Below, in pieces: positions 12,431 through 25,952 of a stretch of 64,000 nucleotides of DNA. Source of the DNA: Marsupella aquatica (lineage: Eukaryota; Plantae; Marchantiophyta); assembly GCA_973895155.1 (NCBI GenBank), contig OZ316898.1:4761079-4825078 (forward strand), written 5' to 3'. The notes under the pieces were generated by a model. The model did not search any database, was not told where the DNA came from, and saw nothing but the letters and a program-made list of their open reading frames with translations. The number at the start of each line of letters is the position of its first letter. Within the stretch, counting starts at the first letter, position 1. Made by a program: the position numbers and the translations under genes.

Positions 12431-15327
12431 TGGTCCTGAGTGATTAATTCCCTTACCAAGATATTAAATAAAAGCTGTTGTTTTACACCAAACCCTCCTC
12501 TTGCGCTCTTCTTCGTGACGACTATGATGAAACTATTTCTATGAGATTGAGGAACGAAGGTCAGCCCTGGAAAAGCTGAGGACTTGTCTGCTTTTGTTGG
12601 TATAATATTCATTTAAAACTTACACATAGAGGGCCACAGCCTGCCTGCAATCGTTCCGAAATATTTCACAGACACCGATGCGTCCGACCTACGTCTTCTG
12701 ACTTTGTCACACGTAAGCCTGTATGTCGATCTACTTGCACTGCACACCTCGCGATTGCGGACGTCGTCTTTCGTCCCGGTAGTAACTGAAGTCTGTAGTC
12801 CAACCTGTGCTAATGGCGATTGACCGTTCCTAAAATCGCCGTTTGATTGCCCACCAGTCTGCCCATGCCCGTACTGCTCAATGAAATAAGAACAGTAAGA
12901 TTACCAAGCTCGACTAATCCAAGTGTCTTGAGTGAGAATGATGAGCTCCTTCCGACACCAAATCACACGTCGTGAAGGACAGTCCTCCAAAGCTAGTGTA
13001 GTCCTTGGTCGGTCACAATGTTAAGATACTGACACCGCTGCCGTAAGAAAAGTTTCTTTCCGAAAGCCCAGACAGACCATAAAATGACGTGCCTTCAGGA
13101 TCGCGAAGGAAAATAAAGGCTAGTTTTGTTCACCATACAAAGCTGCATTCGAAACCATAAAAAAAGCGCTAAAGAAACCTGCAACGCAAAGAACGACGGT
13201 ATGTCAATCTGGGGCCGAGAAACTAACTCTGAAACATCGAGAGGGAACCAAATGTATGAAGAATACTGACACTTTCATAATGCTGTAAACCCTGGCAGGA
13301 AACGAACAGAGGAAGCGATAAAACATCCCGGGAGTGAAACAATAAACCACACCTGGTGACACGAGAAGCTTAGAAACTCTAAAATTCTGTCAGTCGACAG
13401 AAAAATGTCACAGCAGAAGACAAAATGCACATTACGAAGAGCGAGGGGAATGGAAGAAAAGGTGCCGCTTTACCGAGCTGGAGGTGAGAACACAGCGGTG
13501 AACAAGAAAAGTGTAGAGCGACCCGAAAGACAGAAGATGAACGCGGGTCAAGTGCGACAGAAGAACAACTTTGCGAGACGTAAGGAGAAAGGAAATGAGG
13601 TACAGAACTTCGGTCACAAGGTCACAGAGGCGTTGCACGAAAGTAAGAAGGATCTAGAAAAAAATTAAAAAGTAAGAACGGAAATTAGAGGCTCCTCGGT
13701 GCATACACTAGATGGAGTTCCCGACGTATTAAAAATCAGAAAAGAAATCCCAGATCCAGACTTGTAACAGATCTCAATGACAGTGGTGAGAGCGAAGGAA
13801 AACTGAGGCACATAGAGAAATGCCTGCGGGCAAGTAGGAGGAAAGGAGGGAACAAGAGGAGCCGCCAAATGTTCCACAGTAGCGATAACCCCTAGCGTCC
13901 TTGGCGCATGCTTTGAGCCGCCGCAATAGCAAACCGAAGTGGTGAAAGCAATGAAGATATCGTTCTATCCACCATGCAACACTGCGAGACCACCGACGAC
14001 ACTCACTTCTATCCTATCCTTTCCTTGCCTCCTCTATGCTTCCTTGTTAAAGTTCGTTTGCTAGTATCCGTCTTCGCTTGCATGGCTGTCATTCAGAGCA
14101 TGATACTCACTGTTTCATGAATACAGGATTTGCTGATCACGTAATCTTCCGTAAACTTCACAGAAAAAGTAACATCATGCGCTCTATCTCTGCCCCGCTC
14201 CTGGCCGCTTCGATCTGTTCGAACCTGCTTGCCTGCCACTCCCCGCTCCGCTGAACAAATCGAAGCTCTACTCCTTTCCGCCCCTTCCTTTCTCGTTCCC
14301 TTTCCTTGCTTTTCCTTCAGTGTCTCGTTCGGCCGTTCCACCGCTTTCTAACTCTGCTCGGCTGCCTGATTACTTGCTTGCGACTCCAGCTCTAAGGCGC
14401 ACCTACCGACTCGATCAACCAACACAGCTCCCTGGAACTTTCCGACCACACTCGCCAAACTTACTTCGCAGATACACCTCCTCGTCCTTCCGTTCCTTCC
14501 TTTCCTTCCACGATTTTCGACGACTCCCTGCGAAACGGAGCTCTGGCAGCGAATCCAACCTTTCAAAGTAAGTCGTCCACGGCGTCCTGTTCCCTCTCGT
14601 CTCGACGAGAATCCGTGCTTTCAAAGTCGTCCACGGCGTCCTGTCACCTCTCCTCCCGACGCCGATCTCCCTCGTCTCGCGCAGCGTTCTTCCCTGCTAC
14701 GACTCGCTCTACTCGGCTCCCACTTCGATTGTGATTCACATCGCTCTCTGTGCAAGTTTCGTGCAAGCGATTTTCCTTCTTCGCTTCGCTTCGCTTCGCT
14801 TCACTTCACTTCGCTCGATCGTTAGCTTCGTTCGCGAGGTAGCCTGTTCTTCGCGCTTCCTGTTTCGCAATAAACACTCACACTCCTTTTTCTGCTTGTT
14901 TGCTTTCTTCTTCTTCTCTTGGTGCCAGGCAGGCAGGCTGCCCACAATTTATTGTATACTATGGCAGCGACACACTGTTCGGTCCCTCCTCCTTGTCGTC
15001 TACTGTTGTACTGTAGAACTGCGCTGTGCCACTTCGCCTCCCCCCCCCCCTCCCTTTCCCTTTGACCTGCCCTGCCTCGCCTCTTCACCCGGTTCGAGCA
15101 ATCAATAAAAAAAACATATACATTAATTTATCAAATATCATTTTCAACCCTAGACAGAAACACTTTTCTCATGATCGACAGGGTATGAGAATATTCCCTG
15201 TTCTCATGATTCGACAGGGTACAATTAGGGTCCATCTGAATTGCAAAAATTCATGAGAACATTTTAAAAAACCTATAAGTCTATCCGGGTTCCCATAGAC
15301 CCTAGACAGAATACACATTATAAGCCT

Positions 15328-16469
15328 GGACTAATTATAAATATTCACTGTGACATTGTGAGTAAAATGAGGTACATTTGAGCTGCAAAAATACATGGGA
15401 GCATTTTTAACAAACTTAGAGGTACATCCGAGCTTCATTTTCTATGAAGCATACATAGTGTATATATATAATGTATCATATCCTATCCTATCTTGTATAT
15501 TTGTGTTTAATTTGGTGTGGCTTTTCTGCATTTTTAGACGACAATACATTTAACCATTCCTGTATACTTGTGTTTCGTTTGGTGCCGTTTTTCTTGCATA
15601 TTATGAGTACAATGCATTTGACTTATCCTGTATACTTGTGTTACATTTGATGCTTCTTTTCTGCATCTTTAGACAACAATACATTTGACGTATCCTGTAT
15701 CCTTGTGTTACATTTGGTGCGCTTTTCTGCATATTTAGGCAACAGTACATTTAACCTATCCTGTATACTTGTGTTTCATTTGGTGCCGCTTTTTCTGCAT
15801 GTTTAGACAACAATTAAAACCTAACCACAGGCTTTTTTAATCAGGTATTACTCATTTGGTGCCTCTTTCCTGCATCTTTGGATACCAATTAAACCTATTC
15901 ACAAACTTGGTTACTTCATTTTGGTACAGTTTTAGACAACAATTGAACAAGTGTTTAAAAATAAGAACTAGCACATACAAAGTCACAAGTTTACTGATAT
16001 GTCTATTGCGATTATCTGGGGTATCTATCACATGTTCTGGAGAAATGCGTTTTGTCATGTAAAGTTTGTGAGAGTCTTACTCTAACTGACTTTTCAACAT
16101 ATACGTTGTTTTTTAAGGTTCAAGCAAGTTTTTTTTCATTTTAAATTTGGATTGGATTTGACAACATATTTTGGGATCCATTTGAAACCTGGAAAAAATT
16201 GTCACCTATATTTTGAGAATGTAAAACAGCTTGTTTCTAAAATGAAACCCATAATTTATATACTGAAATGGAAAATAATTAATGCTGTCATAATTTCAAG
16301 ATAAAAATAAATTAATACATAATGTGGAAATGTTCTACGTATCTTGGTATGATCTATAATGAAGCCCAGATAAACCTCTAGATTTGTCAAATATTACCAT
16401 AAAAATTTTGCAACTCATATAGACTGTAATTTACTCACAATGTCACAAACAATATTACTAATTAGTCCA
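15328..16469. mobile_element. Non-autonomous foldback/MULE-like DNA element with long inverted repeats and an internal tandem array
   Basis: 15328-15439 (GGACTAATTATAAATATTCACTGTGACATTGTGAGTAAA...GCTTCATT) is an imperfect inverted copy of 16358-16469. A ~65-bp unit (TATCCTGTATACTTGTGTT..TTTGGTGC..TTTTCTGCA..TTTAGACAACAATACATTT) repeats about 6 times at 15490-15950. The true ends may extend further. Confidence 0.7.
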
Positions 16470-19400
16470 TCCCGATTTTGCAGCTTTTGTCGACGGTCCA
16501 TGGGAGCATGCTATGAACACTGACATTCAAATATATCGATTTAAAAATATATGTATTGACCAAATGAAAAATAAGTAATATCACCGGGAAATGACACCAC
16601 GGTTGTCATCGCCAGGGGATCAAGAACTCGTAACTTCTTCGTTCATCACACCTCTTGCTTTCATTCGTCATCAACCCGAAAGAATCCAACGATCCTGGGG
16701 ATTCCTTGCCTTGTCTGCCCAAGTCCCCATGCCCTGCCCTGTCCTGCCCTGTCCTGCATGGATCGCTTTTTCTGCTACCCGGTCCGGCTTTGGTTCGCTT
16801 TCCCTCCTATAATTGTTTTCTCGTCGTGCCCTGCCCGCCTTCGCTCTCCTCCCAGCTGGAAAGCCTGCCCGCGCCCCTGGGCCCCCTCCGCCCCCACCCC
16901 CCATTGGCCACCCCCCGCCCGTTTGGTGCCCAGCCGGGCCCAGGCAAAATACAGTAGACTACTGCTGCTAGAGTACTGTAGTAGCCCTGGGCAGGAGCAG
17001 GGCAGCACGAGGCCAGCACAGGGCACTTGTCCTTTTCTCGCTCTCGTATTCTCTCTCCGGTTATAGTTATAGTTATTCCCGTTTCTATTTTAATATTATC
17101 GCATTGGTGTCTTTCTCAGACGACTCATAACAACTAATAACCTTGAATCATTCGTTTTCTCTCGCTGGCGATCATTATTTCGTTTTATTTTAATCGTGTT
17201 AGATGAATTGATTATTACATTTGTTATCTTTTTCCAGTCCGAGTCATAACTCAAAAAGTTGAGCTGGAATCTCCAAAGGACATAAATGTTTTACATGATG
17301 CCCAGGTGGACAAATGAAGTCTTGATAAACAAGGTATCATTCTTTTTCTCACTACAGGAGTGCTATCAATAATTTTATTTTATTATTTTATCTGTTTCTT
17401 TTTAAGACTGAGTCTTCACTCATAATCTTTAACTCGACCAGATGGGCACATGAACCCCTAGTGAAGAGGGCATCAGTCTTCTTCTCTCTGTGGCCATCAT
17501 TGTTTTGGATATCTTGCTCAGACTGAATCATAACTCACAACCTTGAACTGGAGCCCCAATGGACACAAACTTTGACATGAGGCCCAGATGGACACAAGAA
17601 ACCCTAAGGAAGAAGGCATCAGGCTTTTTCTCTCTCTTGCTTTCTTTCTCAGGCTATTATTAGATTTGTTATCTTTTTCACAGTCATAATTCATAGGCCA
17701 ATCTCGAAGTCCCAATGAACACACAAACAAAATAAGTAAATTAGTATGCTTTACACTTTACACTTCAGTACGTACAGTAGTAGTCTAGTCTGTGCGACTG
17801 TTATTGCCCATAATGTCTGGGTAATAAGGAGTGAATGCACTTTAATACACAAAAGATTCTCTCATTCTATATTTCATTATTTTTCTCTTTTCTTCACACC
17901 CACGATAAACCCAAATTTCATGCAACTTTAGATTTTACTTTCTCTACGGAGAGACAAGTAAAGAACAAACCCAAAAATGCCCTGCACACCCTGTAATAGT
18001 GTAATGGGTATTCTCTTACACAAAGTACAAAAAAGTCTATTGTCCCCACGTTGTTGGTGGGTAAAATATTCATTTTAAATCTAGGTTGTAGCATACACAA
18101 AGACTAATGGAAAACAACAAGAATGAGCAAGTTTGAGACACCCTAATGATTCGCGGATATATAGAGAAATCCTATACGTAAATAACCCTAAAAGGTTGAG
18201 TTACCCTACACACTTTTGCAAATACTGATTGTAAAATAATGTCCCACCATGTCACGCTGACACGGTCGGCTTTCCTGCGTTTCCGGGTTCCCGCCCCAAA
18301 ATCTTCTGCTAGTCTCTGGTCCTTACATGCCATCCCGCCGCATGCGCGCCGCGACTCCCGGTCACTATTATTATTTTCCCGGCACCCAAATTTTTGAAAC
18401 CCCTAATGCCTGACCGCACAGCTTTATTCCAGCCCCACGCAACACGTCACCAGTCGATGCGATTGGATATGGCACCACCAAACCTGCCAAACTTTTGTCG
18501 CCCCGCGGGCAGGGCGTGGGCGCCCAGGGGGAGAGACCAGAATCGCCCCTGAAAAGCGCGGGACGTCGACTCCTGCCCGGCGACAGCATCTGGACAAGCC
18601 CGAGACCGCTTTACTGAAAGTAAAAGAAAAAGGACGTGTTTGCCTCCCCCCTAAGCATTCACCTCCTGCCCGCGATTGCTTTTTCCCTTGCTCCGTATCT
18701 CGCCTCCTGTGCCAGCCAGCCAGCCGTGCACCGTACCGCTAGGCTCGGGACCGCCGAACCTCGCGGGCACATGCCCCCTCCCCGCCCCCTGGCGCCGTTG
18801 CCCCTTGTCTTAGCTGGCGGCGCTGCCCGGTCGACTGATTCGCAGTGTCGCCACTCCATTCATAGACCTACTTCATTCTACCACCCACCTAGTGTGGCTA
18901 CTTTAAGAAGCCTATTAATCTAGCAGTTGGACCGCTGGATTCAAAGACAAGAGTACCGGTCCTAGACTGGCGACTGGGGACACTGTTCTCTAGGGTATGA
19001 ATAGTCTGGCGGAACTGGAGAGCATCGTCCGGCCTTTGTTCGAGGCTAGCGACCGTGCAACCGTGCGGCGCAACCGCGCGGCGCACTTTTGGGACTTGGT
19101 GCGGCTCCCCTCGGCCAGTGAGGAACCAGGTCGACAAGTGAAACCGTTAAAAAAAGCTTTTTCTGCACATATTCACCAGTTTGGCGGATGGCCTTGAATT
19201 TGAAACAATTGGAGATTCACTATTTGTGGACAAGGTTTGAACTTGATACGAATGTAGATTCACTTTAACGGAGCTATAAAGCCAAAGGTTTCAACTGAAA
19301 GCGATCACAAGATGCTTTTGGTGTCGGCAAAACTTTATGACTCGAGAAAACTACATTCTCCTACTCAAAACTCACATTCTTATTTTCTTAAGTTAAAGAT

Positions 19401-22400
19401 TACGATGCTCCAAGGGACCCTTTGTGAAAACCAGCTGCCACGAATGACACAATCAAACTTACATTTGTAAATGTTATGCAATTGCAGAAATCTAAAGGAT
19501 TTGAGAGAACGATTTGGGATTGGATAATTCCACTTTTAAGTCTCGCATGCGGGCTAAAAATAAGTCAACGGTTTCAATGCAACATATGCAAATGTTGAGC
19601 TTGGATGTTCTAAACCTTAAACGCTGAACCCTAAACTTTGGCAATGACTTGTGCTATCCACTTCTGACTTGAATTTGAGATAATAACTAGTTAAATTCAA
19701 ACAACACTAGTTGGATTATGGCCTGTTATTTCAGGAAATTACTCAGGGAAACTGCAGCAAACTTAAATGTGATGTAGGTAGATGAATTGGGCAAATCTGA
19801 GCATCAGCCTTGACAAGGTTTCCCTTCCCCCTTTGAAAAAGAATAAACTTAAAATAAACAGATACTCCACCATTCTAACACTTTTAGGTAAGGATAGCAA
19901 CTACGGCAAGTGAAGTTTTTTCTTATCACCAAAAACAATTGATGTGTCCAAGCTACTGCCACAACTTTGAGTCACCATAAATTATTGGTCACCTCTTGAA
20001 AACAGTAGGGATTGCTACCTTTTCTTTCCTCGAAAAAACTTGATTAATTTCAAATTTTTCATGTGTGGACAGTTTACTACACAGCCCACGGATTGAAGTT
20101 AAATATTTATCCTGGTCTGATTTTCATAGCTAGGCAGACTGTTGTCAATACATTTTGCAAAGAATATTTGCACCCAGTAGTATGTCTTGATTGTACATTT
20201 ATTCCAGGGCTCAAGTTTTGGGGTTTTGTTAGAAGATTGATTTTGTCCCTTTCCTCCTGTTGTCCAGATTCTTTGGACTACTGTTTTTTGGGCCTAAGTA
20301 TGTGAATATTGTGTTGAGAGAACAAGAACTCAACGAACTACAATGGCAGTCCACCACCCAAGCTCAGGGGACTCACTATATGCTAACCCCTTTCACCTGC
20401 AACATTTTGAAGGCTCAGACACCCTAAACGATGAGAATGTTCTTGCACCATTTGTTTTAAAGTCTTCCCACAGGTCTTCCCTAAAGAATAATAGAAGAAT
20501 TTTATGCTTAGTGGCAATTGACATGCCATCTTACAAAAGTGAGACCCCCGGGCAAGTGGGGTAGAGTGGATTTAGGTGACTGGTTAAAAGACAAAAGTTG
20601 AGTCATACTTAACTCTACCATTGGACCATAAACTTAGTGTAGACGAAGTTGCTAAAGTAGTTGGAGATATGACTTCCTCCTCCAAAGTTTCCCCTCGTCA
20701 AATGCAACTTCCTAGTGACTTCCTAGTGACTCCGATTTTCTGAGGAGAGTAATACATACCCATCATTTATTGGAATTGTTTTTGGGTAATTGAGCTGTTT
20801 AGACATCCATGTCAAAGTTGGACACTTAGTTAGCACATTAGATGTGGATGATTAGCTAGGAAGTACCTAAAAGGAGTGAAAGTTTCCAGTAGCACAAAGA
20901 CCAAAGGCAGCTAATCACTAGGAGCTTTGCAATACTCTGCTGTACAACAATGGGGAAAACTAGTGTCTGAGTTTGGTGACGACGAATGAGACAAAGAGAA
21001 AGGAAATGAAAAACAGTAGCTTCCTAAGCATTTGATCATTCTTGAAAGCGGTTTACAAAAAGGTAGATATTGAGCCACACTGATCATGCTCACAGAAACA
21101 GTAAGGTAAGGTGGCACAAAGAAGGGTCCACCTCCCATGTAGATAAGAGACATTCCATCTATACACAGCTGTAGAGTTTGGCAAAGGAGCATAGCTATGA
21201 CTTCAAAATAAGTTCAAGTGGGCGTAAAGAACCAGAAGGAGACGCGAACTAGTGGAAGGTTGCAAGGGTTGGACGTAAATATCAGCATGATATTCTGCCG
21301 ACGTTTCATTAGGATGCATATGTAGTTTCACTATTTCCTTGCGAGGGAAGTATGAACTATGAAGAGTTCAGAAATAAGCAGCCACTAGAATTGTATGGAG
21401 CCTGCATGCCGTCCCTAGATACACTTGGCCAATTCTCCGCTAGCATGTGTAGTCCTTCCGAATGCCCTGCAACTTTATTACTGTAAAGCAAGCCAAGGAC
21501 ACGATCCTTGTTATTGAACGACACAGCTTGACACCTTTGCAATCACTGCATCATCATGTGAGCAGAACATTTTCGCTCCATATCATACGAGATACATTTC
21601 AGATTAGTGGATACAATCCATCCCTTAGACAACTGCCAGAATTCCATCCAAACCAACCTCACAATCGTCACTAGGTTTCCAATATTTAAGTAGCTCCAGA
21701 ATTTAGTTTCACAGGTTGGGCAAAACTTGGGCACTGAAGTCTCTGCGATATCTACTAAGACTACTTACGAAGGAGCTCGCTCTACCTTTTCGGCAGTGTA
21801 AGCTTCGGACTACTCGTAGCCTAAACTACAGCTAAATTCACAGGGCTGCATGTTTTTGACTGTGGGTGTCCATTTCTTTCATTAATCCGAAAGCATACAG
21901 ACACCTTCCATTGCCGTTGCGTAAAAAAGAACCTGGCGAGATCCAGATTCACCTGTTGTCCAAACGACCCTGATCAACTCTGCGGCGGCCTTAGCTCATA
22001 GAAGCCTCCCCAGCAATATGCTCAACAATAACTGACGTGTCGACGACGATTCGATGTCCCACTGGTTCGGAATAACAGAAGAAGCTCAGGTGCATCGGCT
22101 GGATGTGTACACTACAAGGTATTTGCTCGCCATACATCGTTGTGCATCGAAACTTCAGACCAAGTCCATACAGAGGGATCCTCGAGCAGAGAAAAGTAAA
22201 CTTCCCCCTATTTGATTGGATTGCTTGGCCTACTTTTTGGAGCTGCCGAGGGACATTAATGAGGGATCACATAGCTGGACTATCTTTGCAAGCTATGCTA
22301 CTCCCACTTTACAATTGATTTATATACAGTTTTATTTTCACAGTGAGTTCTCTAAATCACACCACTTACATGTAGGTTTCCTCAGAGTTGATACCCTGGA

Positions 22401-22485
22401 ACACATCCAATCTCCATCGTCCTACCAGTGTTGCAGGACGAAGCAACATAACATTTGAAGGCTTGGAAGGGAAGATAGAACCACC

Positions 22486-25400
22486 TTATACACTTTCACT
22501 GAAGACCATTTCCTGCGCACCAAAGGAAAGGCACATTACATTAAAATGGTGTAATTGCTGTTTGCAGGAGACGGAATTTATGCTCTAAGAACTTATTTTT
22601 TTCAACCAGGATCCTAAGCATCACACCACTACACTCGTCCCCAGATGCAAATGAAAATTTTGATAGTGTGGCACAGACCCGATGATTTGTTAAAGCACGG
22701 CAGAGCGGACAGAATCCTAGCCTAGCCAATAACTTGGAAATAACAAACAAATTATGTTCGACTCTGCAAACTGACGGGTGAGGGTCCCGCGTCAAGGCTG
22801 TATTAAGTTCCGATTCCAAATTTGGGATGTAACGACGGCAAGGAAAAAGGAACCGCGGCTGTTGAAATAACTTCTGCTCTCAGGGGAACTCCACTTTTGC
22901 TAAGCGCAATAGAATGCTACCTTCTCCAAAGCAGGGCGCCAACACGAGTCATCTATGGCTACATTTGTTCGGGGATCCCAGACGACTATCCACCCTCCTA
23001 GGAATTCCCTTGACCAGAATATTTTACAAGGCTATCTTACGAAGCCTCCAAGGTTATCGTGTAAAAGACCCCAGCAGTCTTAATCGATCACTTTCACGCT
23101 ACTCATTGAAAATCACATCTTCACTCTCGCAACTGGATAAGCTGGATGGAGACGTTATTGCAGAAAGAAATTCCACTTAGATACTCAAAATGGACTGCTT
23201 GATGGCCAACCGAGAAGCAGTCCACTGGAGCACTGCTCGTACTTTAACCATCACCTTGAATTCCAGAAAGCACAGAGTTCCCCCCCCCCCCACTCCCAAC
23301 ACCACCAACACATACCTATAGGAACCTAAGACTAAACTCAATCATGTGTCACGTAGTGTATACATTCAGAACTGGATATCGTCTCGGAAATTGCCAAAAT
23401 GAGGCCTAAGGCGAATGGGAGCCAGTATGGAAAAAGAGAATATGAAGTCAATAAGAGGGCGAAAACCCAAAACAAGTACAATGGGACCAACAGTTCAAAC
23501 ATTCTAGAATAGAGTTACTTATTTTGCTCTATTTTCAAAGAGAGATTGTGACATACCTTGTCACAAACAGGGCAACGCTTACTTCTCTCCATCCATTCAA
23601 GAATACACCCCAGATGAAAGTGATGGCCGCATTGAGGGGTTATCTTTGGATTCTCCTCGGTGTACCCTGCTCACCCAAACGAATAATTAGACATCTTAAC
23701 CCGACCTCACTCAGACTCCTTCGCATAATGAGATTGCAAACGATGACAGCAGGCTCTGAAGAGTGTCAACTGGTGGCCACAAACTTCACATTCCAGTAGG
23801 TTTGTGAAGACGGTAACTTCTTCCTGCAGATCCAGACGAAACGATCTAAACTTTGGAAGGTACTGAAACCATGACCTAAAGGAAGCCACAGGACAAAGCC
23901 TCATTTACGAAACGGGGACTTTCGATGTGACAGACGGTTGCGGACAACATACTGCTCTGTATAGCGAGTTTATTGACTTGACATACACTGTCAGACTTCC
24001 CAGATATTGTAATCTGTAAGAGTGCATGGAAAACATGACTTCGTGATTAGTACCCGCCGGGAATTTGGGACAGCCTACAAGAATGGAGAGCTCAGATGGT
24101 AACAAGAGATACTCTCAGTTAGGTAATTCGTCTTCTGTAACAGGTATCCAGATTCTGACAGTGCCTCTATTAGAATCGTATATTCTCCTAAAAGAAAAGG
24201 AACTCAAAGTTAAACATGCAAAGATGGGCACTGGTTCTGGAGATAGCACATAGAACTGCGTAACATCAAACGAAAATGCAAATTGCATAATGGATATCTC
24301 AAAGTACTGTATAACTCTAGAGAGTCTTGGAATTCAGTTTAAACAAGTAACAGCTACATGAAATCTTCATTAGGTCAAACACTAGCTGCCACACGCGGAA
24401 GAAAAACATCTAACTGAAAACTGTGACCACAAAGGCGTCCGTTGGAGTCTCATTAAGTGGAGCCAAAGATAAATAGGGAAGTGAGAGACACTTGGCACAT
24501 ATGGGCCAGACACAAACTGGGCCCCAAGAAATTGTCAGTACTACACATACACCTGGCGTTATGGGAGATTGGAATTACCATCAAGACAAGTTGGGCAGCT
24601 GTCCTCGTCATCTGTAAGTGAGAGCATGGATTCATTCCTTCCCATTTTAGCTGGTGCACGCTTTTCAGTGTCATCAAATTCATCCGCACCTCCTCCATTC
24701 CGCCGCTGCATCTGAGTCAAGGCTTCGCTCCCATCTCCAGTGGTCCTCTGTCGCAATGGCTCAGCTTCAACACCATGCAATTGGCTCATACCACTCTTGT
24801 CACGCCTCGACACCAAACCATCTCGGGCTATTCGCAGATATCTGGGGTCTATATCATAAGGCAAGGGCCTCGGAGGCGCCCTAAATGTATCCGGAAGAGA
24901 CGTATCTAGGGATGATGTGCCTAAGAGTCCCGCTGCTTGGGAGCCTGTCCCTCCTTGTGTTGGTGATGACGTGTCTCGCCCGTCTCCTGGATCAATGTAG
25001 GAAGAATACTGCGGTTCCAAAAACATATCTTCATTAGACAGCATGAATGACAATAAAATTCTAAGCAAACACAGGTTGAAGTGAAAACTCTGGGAGAAAA
25101 CCAAATCCCGCAACTCGAGGGGCACTGGAACGGGGGAATTGCACGACGAAGCTACTAGATCTCAATTAATGTCTCAAGGACTGGAGGTGACATTCGGACA
25201 CAGAGAAATCCTTTCGCCCTAGTTGGATTGGTGGAACTTCTCCCGAACGAGAATTGTAAGAATAAGAAACGTAAGCTCAATTATGGAAAGTACGGGAGGA
25301 GGAGGGATTTGCGCACAAAGAGAGAGAAACCCAGCATTATCATAAACTGAATACAGTACAATCTCTCAAGGCCTTTCACCCTGTTGGATTCGATGAGCTT

Positions 25401-25952
25401 CTCGCAAACGAGAAGCTATGAAACTAAGAACAATCTCACGGAAAAGAAGGTAAGATTTGGACGGGGAAATGAGAGGACTCTACGAGTAATCAATTAGAGG
25501 TCAACTAGGAACAATCGCACGGAAAGGAAGTATGAAAAATCAACTTGAACTTAAATCTCAGTTCAATCTCTGTCCCACTATTCACCCTAGTTAAAGAGGT
25601 ACTTCCAGGGAGAGATTAAACGATGAGACACACGGGAAGGAGGACGGATTGGGACACACAGAGAAACCAACATCCACATAAACTGACGATTCACCCTAAC
25701 AGACGAAGACCGCTTCCCCTGAGCTGGATGGAAATACACACAGGCTGACTGCTCCACAGAATTGAGCAAGGATTGGAAAGCAAAGCTCAAACATCTTCGG
25801 AGAGTGACAGAGAAGGAGATTGACCGTACCACGCGGAGGCACCATCGCACGCAGCACCTTAGACAGAAGCAATTCTGATAGATGCTCCCATTCGGGTACG
25901 ACGTGTACTCTTCAAAATCCTCTGGCCGTGGACAACAGCATAGTCCACCCAT
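22486..25952 (-). CDS. RING-H2 E3 ubiquitin ligase, At3g02290-like, 229 aa, predicted N-myristoylated/S-acylated
   Basis: Exons 25952-25830, 25008-24579, 23666-23557, 22512-22486 (690 nt). N-terminus MGGLCCC; conserved PPRPLPYDIDPRY; RING-H2 CPTCLDGYTEENPKITPQCGHHFHLGCILEWMERSKRCPVC; C-terminus EMVFSESV*. Confidence 0.95.

Noticed and set aside
12524-12580. C/D-box snoRNA-like ATGATGA...CTGA
   Set aside because: Too short, no terminal stem and no recognisable rRNA guide.
17934-17962. Hairpin TTTACTT...AAGTAAA resembling the LINE 3' stem-loop
   Set aside because: The loop is longer, and there is no adjacent tail or flanking homology to the LINE 3' UTR.
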